Shown one piece after another: positions 45,081-52,873 of a DNA stretch of 64,000 bases; the first letter of the stretch is position 1, and each line of letters begins with the position of its first letter. The stretch lies in IMG/VR virus record IMGVR_UViG_3300032677_000006. The stretch is one strand, 5' to 3'. A program made the position numbers and the translations under genes. The notes below the pieces were generated by a model. It made no database searches and was not told the origin of the DNA. It saw nothing but the letters and a program-made list of their open reading frames with translations. This stretch comes from a virus.

Positions 45081-45996
45081 ACTTTGCAGGCTGGCGGCTG
45101 CCGATCACGGTGCCGTGGAAATGGGACCTGATGTTGTCGGCCACGAACGCGTCAGTCGCGTAGTCCAGGTGCGTGATGGCCACGACATCCGGACGCGTCA
45201 GCCGCAGGCTGAGCTTGAAGTCGCTCTCCGACCACTCAAATACCCGGCGCACGCGCTTGGTCGTGGAGGCGATCTCCGGCTCCAGCTTCAGCTCAACCCA
45301 GGTCAGCTCCTTGCCGCCACAGGGGCCGCTGGGGCCGCCCGTGCGGATTGGCAGCGTCCGGTACACCGAGCAGATGGTCCAGTTGAAGCAGGACAAGCCG
45401 TTGCGCCCGATAATGGACAGCGGCAGCGTTGACCGGCTGGTCACGTACGGGTACACGCCAAAGTTGGTGTCCAGCAGCGCTCCCTGGCTGCCCTCGACGA
45501 TCCAGTCGAAACTGGACAGCTCCTCCACCAGGTCCAGCCACTCCGCCGACTTCACGACGGTTACGCCTGGGATTGGGTAGTAGCCCGCCACGGCATTGGG
45601 CTGCCTTAGCGTATACTTTTTGTACCGGGCGTACCCGCTGCCGGTACAGGTGCTGGAGATGCTCCGCCCCAAGCCCAGCTCTTGCTCCGCGACGCGGTCG
45701 TCAGGCAGGGTGATGGCCGCGTTCTCGTGGACGTAGACGCGAGCATTCTTTGGCAGCTGCGCCAGCTCGCGGGCCAGCTGGTCCAGGTCGATCACCGCGT
45801 CCGGCCCGATCAGCGTGGCGTTGGCCCGCATGGCGCAGGAGGGCAGGCAGTGGGTACACCAGGCTGAGTTGGTGTGGCCGGAGTTGGGGCCGGACTCGGC
45901 GAAGGCGACCAGGGCTTGGGTCTGCCGGGCGAAGTAATCGGCCACGCAGCCCTTGCCCTCGGAGCCGTAGAGACCGCCGCAAATCAATAGCTTCAT
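45067..45996 (-). CDS. purZ: PurZ/PurZ0-like adenylosuccinate-synthetase homologue (candidate dGMP-succinylating enzyme)
   Basis: P-loop GGLYGSEGKG (Ser in place of the PurA catalytic Asp), GPNSGHT, EGSQG, YPYVTSR, RTLPIRTGGPSGP, TTKRVRRV, THLD. Confidence 0.75.
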   Translation of the reverse strand: MKLLICGGLYGSEGKGCVADYFARQTQALVAFAESGPNSGHTNSAWCTHCLPSCAMRANATLIGPDAVIDLDQLARELAQLPKNARVYVHENAAITLPDDRVAEQELGLGRSISSTCTGSGYARYKKYTLRQPNAVAGYYPIPGVTVVKSAEWLDLVEELSSFDWIVEGSQGALLDTNFGVYPYVTSRSTLPLSIIGRNGLSCFNWTICSVYRTLPIRTGGPSGPCGGKELTWVELKLEPEIASTTKRVRRVFEWSESDFKLSLRLTRPDVVAITHLDYATDAFVADNIRSHFHGTVIGSRQPAKFTYL

Positions 45997-46003
45997 AGCT
46001 CTG

Positions 46004-48037
46004 CTAGTTGACCGGGCAAGCGGTTTTGACTTTCGCTCTTCCACCTTTAATCGTGCCGAACGGCCCTTGCGAGGCTTGGTGCAAATGCCTTATGCCAGCT
46101 ACGATAGACAGTAGCGCGCTGGGCTTTGTCAATTCATCCGAGTTTTTCATTTTGTTGGCCTTAAGGTAGGCGTAAATGTGCGTCATAGCCAAGCTCACGT
46201 GCCCGATTACCTGGCTCTCAAAAGCTCGTCGGTAGCTAGTCATTTCAGCGCCGTCATCCACACCGTCGGCTCTTAGCTTGAGTTCGCACATGTCCCACGC
46301 ATCTTTGACTAGAGGATGTGTCATGTCTACAATGCCTCTAGGCTCTTTTTGATCTGTATTCCATTCTACCGGAAATCCTCCTTCTACTGTACCCTTATTA
46401 ACGGTTATCAAGCCTCGACTATTTTGAAAATCCCTGCCGCGACCGCCCAAATGTCCCGGCAAGCGGTAACCGCCGCGATTACCACTGTCGGTGTCGCCGT
46501 CCGATTCATCCGATCTTTCGTAAGCAGGCTGTTTCTTTTCCGCGCGTCGAGTTTCTACGACAGTATGCGCCATGAACGGAAAATACTGCTTAAGGTGCTC
46601 CACGATGCTCGCATCCGTTTCAGGTCGATCTACGCTTAAACCTTCAAAGTAGGCGTCCACCGCTTTTGATATGAAGTCAGGCCGGTTTACCCTGTAGGCT
46701 GCCGCCCACTCAAGCTCCGGCAGCGGCGCGCCACCTTTAGTCTTACTTTGGTATAGTAGAGTGCGCCTGGACTGATCCGCAAAAACACAGATGTCACCGT
46801 CGTCCTTCGGCTCTAGGATTAAAGCCAAACGTCGCCGTACATCCATTAAGTTTATCCAGTCAAAAAGCGCAGTTTTTCCCTCTGACAGCATGCGCACGTT
46901 AAAAGTTTCGACTAAGTCTAAGTCGGGATGGCATTTCCAGATGCTAGCGATGAGCGGAAGTGAAGGATAATTACCGGCGGCATAGTGATTGTCACCACCA
47001 ACGGTGCCGCTGCTTTTTTCCAGCTCAGGCAGCAGCAAGGTGTCTACACTAACAGGAACTTCTGCGCCAGCTTTAAGCAGCGTCTGACCGCGCTTAGCCT
47101 CCTTGCCCTCTTTAGTAGCGGCGACAACGTAAGACTCCAGACACTTTTTCATGCCGATGACTGTCCTGCTGCTTATGCCTCCAGTGCCAGGTGCCGTTGG
47201 CCAGCTGCTCGGTTGATTCCAGTTTTTTCTTGCCTCTTCTGTTCCCACGGAAGCAACCGTAATTTTGAAGTTGTCGGGAATAGAATAAAAACGGGTGTTC
47301 AGGTAGCGGCAAAGACCGTACTTGGTGTCGTGTTCGTTCCTCTTAAAGTCACCAAGTATGGTGTGTTCTTTTCCACGCTGCCCGAGTAGCACGATAACCG
47401 TGCCGTGCCCAGCCTCTTTCACAAACTTAGGGACTACTTTAAGCCAGTTAATACCGTCTAATTCAGGCACGTATCCGCAATCGTTTAACAGTGTCAATGG
47501 CATCACTGTTGTAGCATCCTCGTTTCTTCCAAAACCGGAGACCCAGTCGCCGATAAAATCGTCGCTTTCTTGAGTTTCTCGCCCATCGAAATAATCAGAC
47601 AACAGCTCCCGCGCGCCGTAGTCCAAGGTACCGTCGTCTTTCTCTTCCCTCTGAAGCCACATCATATTGGTTTCTATCCGCCCGTTCAGCGTAACCACGG
47701 AAATGACCACAACACCGTAACCGTTCCACGGCAGTACGCTGCTCTTAAAGCCTACACCGTAGTTTCCTGTAATGGCTCCGATAGTGCGGCCTGAACCGCC
47801 AAATTTATTCAAAAAAGCTGGCATTTGCTGCGCACTCATGCCTGATCCGTTGTCGGCCACAAGCCGTCGGTACACTTGTTGGCTGCGTACTGCTTGCCAC
47901 TCCACGTCGAACCGCACATCAGTCGCACCAGCTTGGAGGGCGTTTACGGCGGCTTCTCTTGACCATTGATAAGCCTCTGAAGATTCGTAGGCTCGGTTAA
48001 TGTGAGCGTAGACGCCCACCATTTGCATATATTTCAT
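46004..48037 (-). CDS. GHKL (Hsp90/MORC-like) ATPase-domain protein
   Basis: 'REAAVNALQA', 'DNGSGMS', 'GNYGVGFKSS'; AAGGA SD before ATG 48037; lower GC. Confidence 0.75.
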   Translation of the reverse strand: MKYMQMVGVYAHINRAYESSEAYQWSREAAVNALQAGATDVRFDVEWQAVRSQQVYRRLVADNGSGMSAQQMPAFLNKFGGSGRTIGAITGNYGVGFKSSVLPWNGYGVVVISVVTLNGRIETNMMWLQREEKDDGTLDYGARELLSDYFDGRETQESDDFIGDWVSGFGRNEDATTVMPLTLLNDCGYVPELDGINWLKVVPKFVKEAGHGTVIVLLGQRGKEHTILGDFKRNEHDTKYGLCRYLNTRFYSIPDNFKITVASVGTEEARKNWNQPSSWPTAPGTGGISSRTVIGMKKCLESYVVAATKEGKEAKRGQTLLKAGAEVPVSVDTLLLPELEKSSGTVGGDNHYAAGNYPSLPLIASIWKCHPDLDLVETFNVRMLSEGKTALFDWINLMDVRRRLALILEPKDDGDICVFADQSRRTLLYQSKTKGGAPLPELEWAAAYRVNRPDFISKAVDAYFEGLSVDRPETDASIVEHLKQYFPFMAHTVVETRRAEKKQPAYERSDESDGDTDSGNRGGYRLPGHLGGRGRDFQNSRGLITVNKGTVEGGFPVEWNTDQKEPRGIVDMTHPLVKDAWDMCELKLRADGVDDGAEMTSYRRAFESQVIGHVSLAMTHIYAYLKANKMKNSDELTKPSALLSIVAGIRHLHQASQGPFGTIKGGRAKVKTACPVN

Positions 48038-48091
48038 GTTTTCCTTTCCCAGTCCCACCGGTTAATTCCAGCAAGTCCGGTTACACGCCGA

Positions 48092-48955
48092 CTATAGTTC
48101 AGCGCTGCCGTTAAGAACAAGAGAAAAACCTTTGTGTGCGCAAATTTCGCTCGCTTTTTTCCACTCAGCCACTCCCACTACTTCGCGGTGGGCGCGATGG
48201 GCTGTGTCCATCGAGTATCTCGTATCTATGAGCTTTTTGTCTACGCGCCAGTACAAGTCGCAGGCAACCCTATCTTTATTATCGTAGGTCAGTACCCACT
48301 TTCTCAGCGTGCGCAAGGCTTTTGCAAAATTCCTGTGCTCGCTTTCAGTCATGCTAACGCCGTAAAGTTTATTTTTGCCGTCCATAAGGTACGGCGGATC
48401 AATAAAGCAGGGACAACTGAATCGACGTACAAATTCAACAGCGTCCAGTTCCGTCACAACAGTGCGTCCGGACAGAAGTTCATGGTAGGCTACTAAAAGG
48501 GCGCTTAAAGCGCCTACGTTATAGCGACAACCGATTGGCCACTTACTTTTCTGCTCCAGGCCGCCTATCGGACGTGAGTCGTGTACGATGCCGTTCCACG
48601 AGGTTCGGTTCATGAATATCGCCTTAAAAGCCCGATTCAAGTCTGTTTTGGGTTCACTGCTGCGGGTGGACCGCCACAGGCTTAATGTTGGCACCACATC
48701 AATCAGTTTAATTAGCTGATTGACACCGGCAGAGGGTCCGCAGATTACGCGCCATAACCCGGCTATGAGCGGGTCTTTGTCGTTCAGCCTTAACTTGATT
48801 TTTGGAAAATGGCGCGCCACGTGCAACGCCACCGAACCACCACCGACGAAAGGTTCGCCGTACTCAGTTTCATTTTTAAGCATTCCGACCAGGTACGGCT
48901 GTAGATCGCCGAGCATTCGACTTTTTCCGCCAGGGTACCGTAATAGGCATTTCAT
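48092..48955 (-). CDS. DNA N6-adenine methyltransferase (Dam/D12 class)
   Basis: 'LRYPGGKSR', 'EPFVGGGSV', 'DPPY', 'WVLTYD'. Confidence 0.9.
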   Translation of the reverse strand: MKCLLRYPGGKSRMLGDLQPYLVGMLKNETEYGEPFVGGGSVALHVARHFPKIKLRLNDKDPLIAGLWRVICGPSAGVNQLIKLIDVVPTLSLWRSTRSSEPKTDLNRAFKAIFMNRTSWNGIVHDSRPIGGLEQKSKWPIGCRYNVGALSALLVAYHELLSGRTVVTELDAVEFVRRFSCPCFIDPPYLMDGKNKLYGVSMTESEHRNFAKALRTLRKWVLTYDNKDRVACDLYWRVDKKLIDTRYSMDTAHRAHREVVGVAEWKKASEICAHKGFSLVLNGSAEL

Positions 48956-49019
48956 GTCGCCAGTATAGAACACACACAGACGAGCCGTGGCCAGCTGAAA
49001 AATGACTAAACGTCAGCAT

Positions 49020-49035
49020 TGTTCCACGTGGAACA
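49020..49035. promoter_or_regulatory. parS: parS centromere-like site
   Basis: Perfect intergenic palindrome TGTTCCACGTGGAACA matching the bacterial chromosomal parS consensus. Confidence 0.8.
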
Positions 49036-49050
49036 CGTAATAAGTTTATC

Positions 49051-49272
49051 TTAGTAGTCTAACAGTTTGTCTACAATGTCGCTGGCGCTCTCCGCCTGGT
49101 GGCGCAGCTTGCCACCCCGCAGCTTAAACCCGGATTTGTTGACCCACTTCCCCACGGTGCCGGGAGCCACCTTGGCGGACTTGGCGATCTGCGCGTTCGA
49201 CTGGCCGCCCTGGCGGCAGCGGATGGCGGCAGCTTTTGAGCAGATGTCTCGAAAATTGAGTTTATGTCCCAC
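49051..49272 (-). CDS. Small HTH protein
   Basis: 'SNAQIAKSAKVAPGTVGKWV'; GTAACTA 4 nt upstream. Confidence 0.6.
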   Translation of the reverse strand: MGHKLNFRDICSKAAAIRCRQGGQSNAQIAKSAKVAPGTVGKWVNKSGFKLRGGKLRHQAESASDIVDKLLDY

Positions 49273-49315
49273 GGTATAGTTACACCACCAGCCTCTGACA
49301 ACGAAAAGTTTAAGG

Positions 49316-49359
49316 CTGGCGGCGGGCTACCCTTCCTCCTACAAGTAGCCCGCTGCCAG
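49316..49359. other. Intergenic hairpin
   Basis: CTGGCGGCGGGCTAC...GTAGCCCGCTGCCAG; no clear U-tract. Confidence 0.5.
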
Positions 49360-49364
49360 ATTGC

Positions 49365-49718
49365 TTAGGACGCAGGAGCCACGGGCGCGACCGTCGAGAT
49401 GGCTTGCGCCTGGGTCACCAGCGCCGCACTGTGCGCTTTCAGGGTAGTCAGCGCGGCCTGGTCGGCGGCGCTCAGGGTCCCGGGTGAGTTGTTGAAGGCG
49501 GTAATTTCAGCATCCAAGGCTGAAATGCCCGTGACCACGGCAGCCAGCGCCGTTTGAATTCCCGTCAGGTCGGCATCTTCGGTGGCCGCCCAGTCTGTGA
49601 TTGCACTCATTATTAGTTCTTTCGTTCTTTGCAGGTCCTGTACGGTTGCAGGCGTTCCGATGGACTTGCGGAAATCGGAAATCTGCTTTGACAGCACGTC
49701 AAATTGTTGATCGTTCAT
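49365..49718 (-). CDS. Ala-rich coiled-coil hypothetical protein
   Basis: Heptad pattern; AT-rich leader. Confidence 0.6.
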   Translation of the reverse strand: MNDQQFDVLSKQISDFRKSIGTPATVQDLQRTKELIMSAITDWAATEDADLTGIQTALAAVVTGISALDAEITAFNNSPGTLSAADQAALTTLKAHSAALVTQAQAISTVAPVAPAS

Positions 49719-49869
49719 AAATTAAAAGGAGTTGGGCGGTGTCGCTACAATGCGCACCAGGTCGAAAACAAAAGACAGAATTCACGAACCTGACCCTAGC
49801 CTGTTTTTAGCTAAGTGCCTATCAGGTGTTTACCTACCGGCAGAAACTGAGAAGTGGACCGATTTGTGC

Positions 49870-50484
49870 TCAGTCAAGCTGGACCTGGCGCTCCTGGGCC
49901 AGCCTGACCTGGTCGGCGGCGAAAGCGTCCTTCAGCCCCTGGTCCGCCTGGGCCATCATGGCGATGACGCCCAACACGTTCCTGTAGACGTACTGCGCGG
50001 GCTTGCCACCGTCGTCTTCCGCTTCCAGCGGAATGTAGACAGGATTGGCCGTGCCGCTCAGTGTGGACGCGTCCACCATCAGCACGTACTTGCCGCCGCC
50101 CAGGGCCTCCTTGAGCGTGGTGACCTGGGCCGTGACCCCAAACATCTCGTGGCCGGTGATGTCCTTGCCCAGGGACTTTTTCTTGGCGTGCGGGTCGTAG
50201 CCTTCGTAGGAGGTGACGTAAGCGATGTTTGACGGCTGACGCAGGGAGACGTTGACGGAGAAATCTCCCTTCAGCCAGCCGAAGTGCGTGGTCGAGGCCC
50301 CGATGACGCTCTCAAAGCCCTGCTCCTTCATGAACTGGTTCACGGCCATCAGGCCGATGCGCCAGGCGGCGTGCCGCTGGCCCAGGGAAAGCTTCTTGGG
50401 CGGCCCTGGCTTGACGACGGAGGTTTCGCCGGTCGGGCTGACGGCGAACACCCGTTCGATCTTGGCTGGCAGCAAATTGCTCAC
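49870..50484 (-). CDS. Hypothetical protein
   Basis: Strong codon bias; start uncertain (GTG 50484 or TTG 50499). Confidence 0.6.
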   Translation of the reverse strand: MSNLLPAKIERVFAVSPTGETSVVKPGPPKKLSLGQRHAAWRIGLMAVNQFMKEQGFESVIGASTTHFGWLKGDFSVNVSLRQPSNIAYVTSYEGYDPHAKKKSLGKDITGHEMFGVTAQVTTLKEALGGGKYVLMVDASTLSGTANPVYIPLEAEDDGGKPAQYVYRNVLGVIAMMAQADQGLKDAFAADQVRLAQERQVQLD

Positions 50485-50500
50485 AGCCTGGAAGAACAAA

Positions 50501-51280
50501 TTACGCGCGCCGAGAAGCCCACCAGAGCTTGACGGCGGCGCTGCGGGCGGCGCGGTGCTCGGGCGTCTGCGGGCGGCCTAGTTTTACGGCTGACTGCTTT
50601 CGCCGTGTGGCGGCTGAGACCTTGTGACCGATCTGGCTAGTGCCGTCACGCTTGGGCATGTGGGCGCTGGCCTCCTCGAACCAACCCTCCCGCTTGGCAA
50701 CACGGTAAGACCCCTGAGAGCCGTCGATCCAGGCTTGTCTGGTAGTGAACTTCCGAGCTTCTGCCACGATCAGCTCTTTGGTCCACTTGCGACCACGCAC
50801 AGTGCCAACAGAGCCTCCGCTATTCCGATTCAACATGGTCCAGCCTTCGTTCTTGTACTGCGCGATGGCCAGCTTCTCCGCCTCCGGAGCTTGCTCCCGG
50901 GTCAAGCTCGTGGCCAGAACCTTGCGCGTGTAGGTGCCACAGACATCAGCGTGCTCCGCTACCGGGCCACTGACCTTGTGCGCGTACTGCCTGGCTCGTG
51001 GCAAGAAAGTCAACCCGACGTACGCGTGCTTGTCGGCAAATTCGTACACGTAGATTTCGTAGTCAGCCGCGAACGGGCTGGCCATAGGCGTCATGTGGGC
51101 GCAACACCGGTCAAGCAGGCCCCTTGAACTAGCCGCCTGGTAGTGGTTGTTGGCGTAGCGCTTCCAGTGCGAACGATGCGGATACTGCGCAGCAGATGCC
51201 ATCAGCTCTTCGTCTGTGTACTTCCAACGTACTTTGTACGCATGCTTTGGATTATTCTTAGATGTGTAGCTCATGTACAT
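50501..51280 (-). mobile_element. GIY-YIG homing endonuclease with NUMOD3-like C-terminus
   Basis: 'IYVYEF...AYVGLT', 'AEK..I', two 'KW/YT.E...AHM' repeats, 'GHKVSAATRRKQS'. Confidence 0.82.
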
Positions 51281-51310
51281 ACACTAATGTATCATGCAGT
51301 CAAACGCAAC

Positions 51311-51341
51311 AAATAAAAAACCCACGGTTTCCCGTGGGTTT
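51311..51341 (-). terminator. Intrinsic terminator after the capsid gene
   Basis: AAACCCACGG-GAAA-CCGTGGGTTT-TTTATTT. Confidence 0.88.
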
Positions 51342-51363
51342 GTGAAGACTTAAGCGGCTAGGC

Positions 51364-52833
51364 TTAACCGATAGTCTGGCCAAAAGCGCTTGGACTATTC
51401 TGCACGAGGCCGCGTGCAAACATCTTCGAGTTGATCATTTTGCGCGCGAAGCTCGTGGCAAAACCCCGTTGATGGATGAAGTCAGGCAGCACCACGTCAG
51501 GGGTGGTGTACAGCTTCTGGTACTCGGCCAACACGTAGCCGGTCGTGAGGAACTGATCGCCCTTGTGGCCGACCAGGAACTCGTTCACCGGATAGTGGGG
51601 ATCGGCGAACACTTTCTTGTTGCCGATGTCGCCCAGGTACGTGATGCCCTGCATCTGGACCCGGTTGTTCTTCGGCACGAACTGCGGCAGCGTGGCCACC
51701 ACGGTAGCGGCTTGGAGGCCCAAGAGCATCCAGTTACCGGCGACCATGTTCGTGGAACCGAAGATGAAGTTCGAGGCAGTCTCGAACGCGTCGATGATGG
51801 AGAACTTGTGCGTCTGGTAATTGACGTTCGCCGGAGCGATAGCGTCCCAGACCACGAACCCGGCATCCGCCTTGGCCCGCAAGTCAAAGATGACCTGGCG
51901 GTGCTTCTGGTATTGCAGGGCGTTGGTCAACGCGTTGAGCAGGACGCTCTCCGCCTTGATGTTGTACATGGCCTGGAGGTTCTGGTCGGCTTCCTCGGAC
52001 CAGAGCGTCTTCAGCTTCATCACCTTGGCGGTGACGGGGGTGCTGGAGAGCTTCATCTCGTAGTCCTGGATCGCCAGGTTGCCTTCCGAGTTGAACGCGT
52101 AGCTCACAGTGTAGCTGGCAGCCGTTTCCGCGCTGACGGTGATCGTACCCGCGCCGGAACCTTGATAGGTCACCACGCCGATATACGCGCCCGTGGCCAC
52201 GTTGACGATCTGGCCGTTGCCGTCGTCCGCGAACTGGGTGCCGTCACCGAAGGAACCGGAAATCGTCCCGGTGCGGATCGGAGTCCATTCCAGCACGAAC
52301 ACGCCGGAACCATTCGTGGTGCCGGTTTCGTCCTGGACGACTTCATCAGCGTCATCGTCGCGGTCCACCGCGCCTTGCAGCGCGCGCCAGACGGGTGCGC
52401 CTGCCGGGGTGCGGCCTTTGCGCCGACCGGTGACGATGTCCATGTACACGATCTGGCTGACCGGGCCAGCCATGGGCTGGAGGGCCACCAGTTGATCAAT
52501 CACGTCGTTTTCCGACATGTTGGCGATGATGGGGAAAATCCACTTGTCGAACGTCCCGAGGGAGGTCGTACGAGTGACTTCGTCCAGACGGCCAAAACGG
52601 CTGCGGCAGTTTTCGAGCATGATCGCCGCCAGCGGTTTCTTGTGCTCCGGCATGTGGTCGACGAATTCCTTCCAGCCTTTGGCTTCCCAAAGACCTCGGG
52701 GATTTTTGTCGCGGCTGACCCCGACCGGCGTTTCCGCCAGGCGGTAGCCCCACTCAAGGACATCCATGAAGCGGGAAATGTGCCCGCCATCAGATGCCAA
52801 TACCGGTCTTCCACTTTCAGTTAGAATAACCAT
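51364..52833 (-). CDS. Major capsid protein (T4 gp23-like)
   Basis: 'AIMLEN', 'LQPMAGPVSQIVY', 'VTAK..KLKTLWSEEADQNLQAMYNIKAE', 'GYVLAEY'. Confidence 0.93.
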   Translation of the reverse strand: MVILTESGRPVLASDGGHISRFMDVLEWGYRLAETPVGVSRDKNPRGLWEAKGWKEFVDHMPEHKKPLAAIMLENCRSRFGRLDEVTRTTSLGTFDKWIFPIIANMSENDVIDQLVALQPMAGPVSQIVYMDIVTGRRKGRTPAGAPVWRALQGAVDRDDDADEVVQDETGTTNGSGVFVLEWTPIRTGTISGSFGDGTQFADDGNGQIVNVATGAYIGVVTYQGSGAGTITVSAETAASYTVSYAFNSEGNLAIQDYEMKLSSTPVTAKVMKLKTLWSEEADQNLQAMYNIKAESVLLNALTNALQYQKHRQVIFDLRAKADAGFVVWDAIAPANVNYQTHKFSIIDAFETASNFIFGSTNMVAGNWMLLGLQAATVVATLPQFVPKNNRVQMQGITYLGDIGNKKVFADPHYPVNEFLVGHKGDQFLTTGYVLAEYQKLYTTPDVVLPDFIHQRGFATSFARKMINSKMFARGLVQNSPSAFGQTIG

Positions 52834-52873
52834 AAGTATTTATTTCTTAGTTTGTTGTGTTGGTTGATGGCGT

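Noticed and set aside
45067-45996. Ordinary purA as an auxiliary metabolic gene
   Set aside because: Lacks the catalytic Asp of GDEGKG and has PurZ-type loops; not fully excluded without an assay
49719-49869. Long intergenic gap as a possible tRNA or ncRNA; ORF 49732-50232 on the plus strand
   Set aside because: No cloverleaf or recognisable RNA family; the ORF is antisense to a better-supported gene
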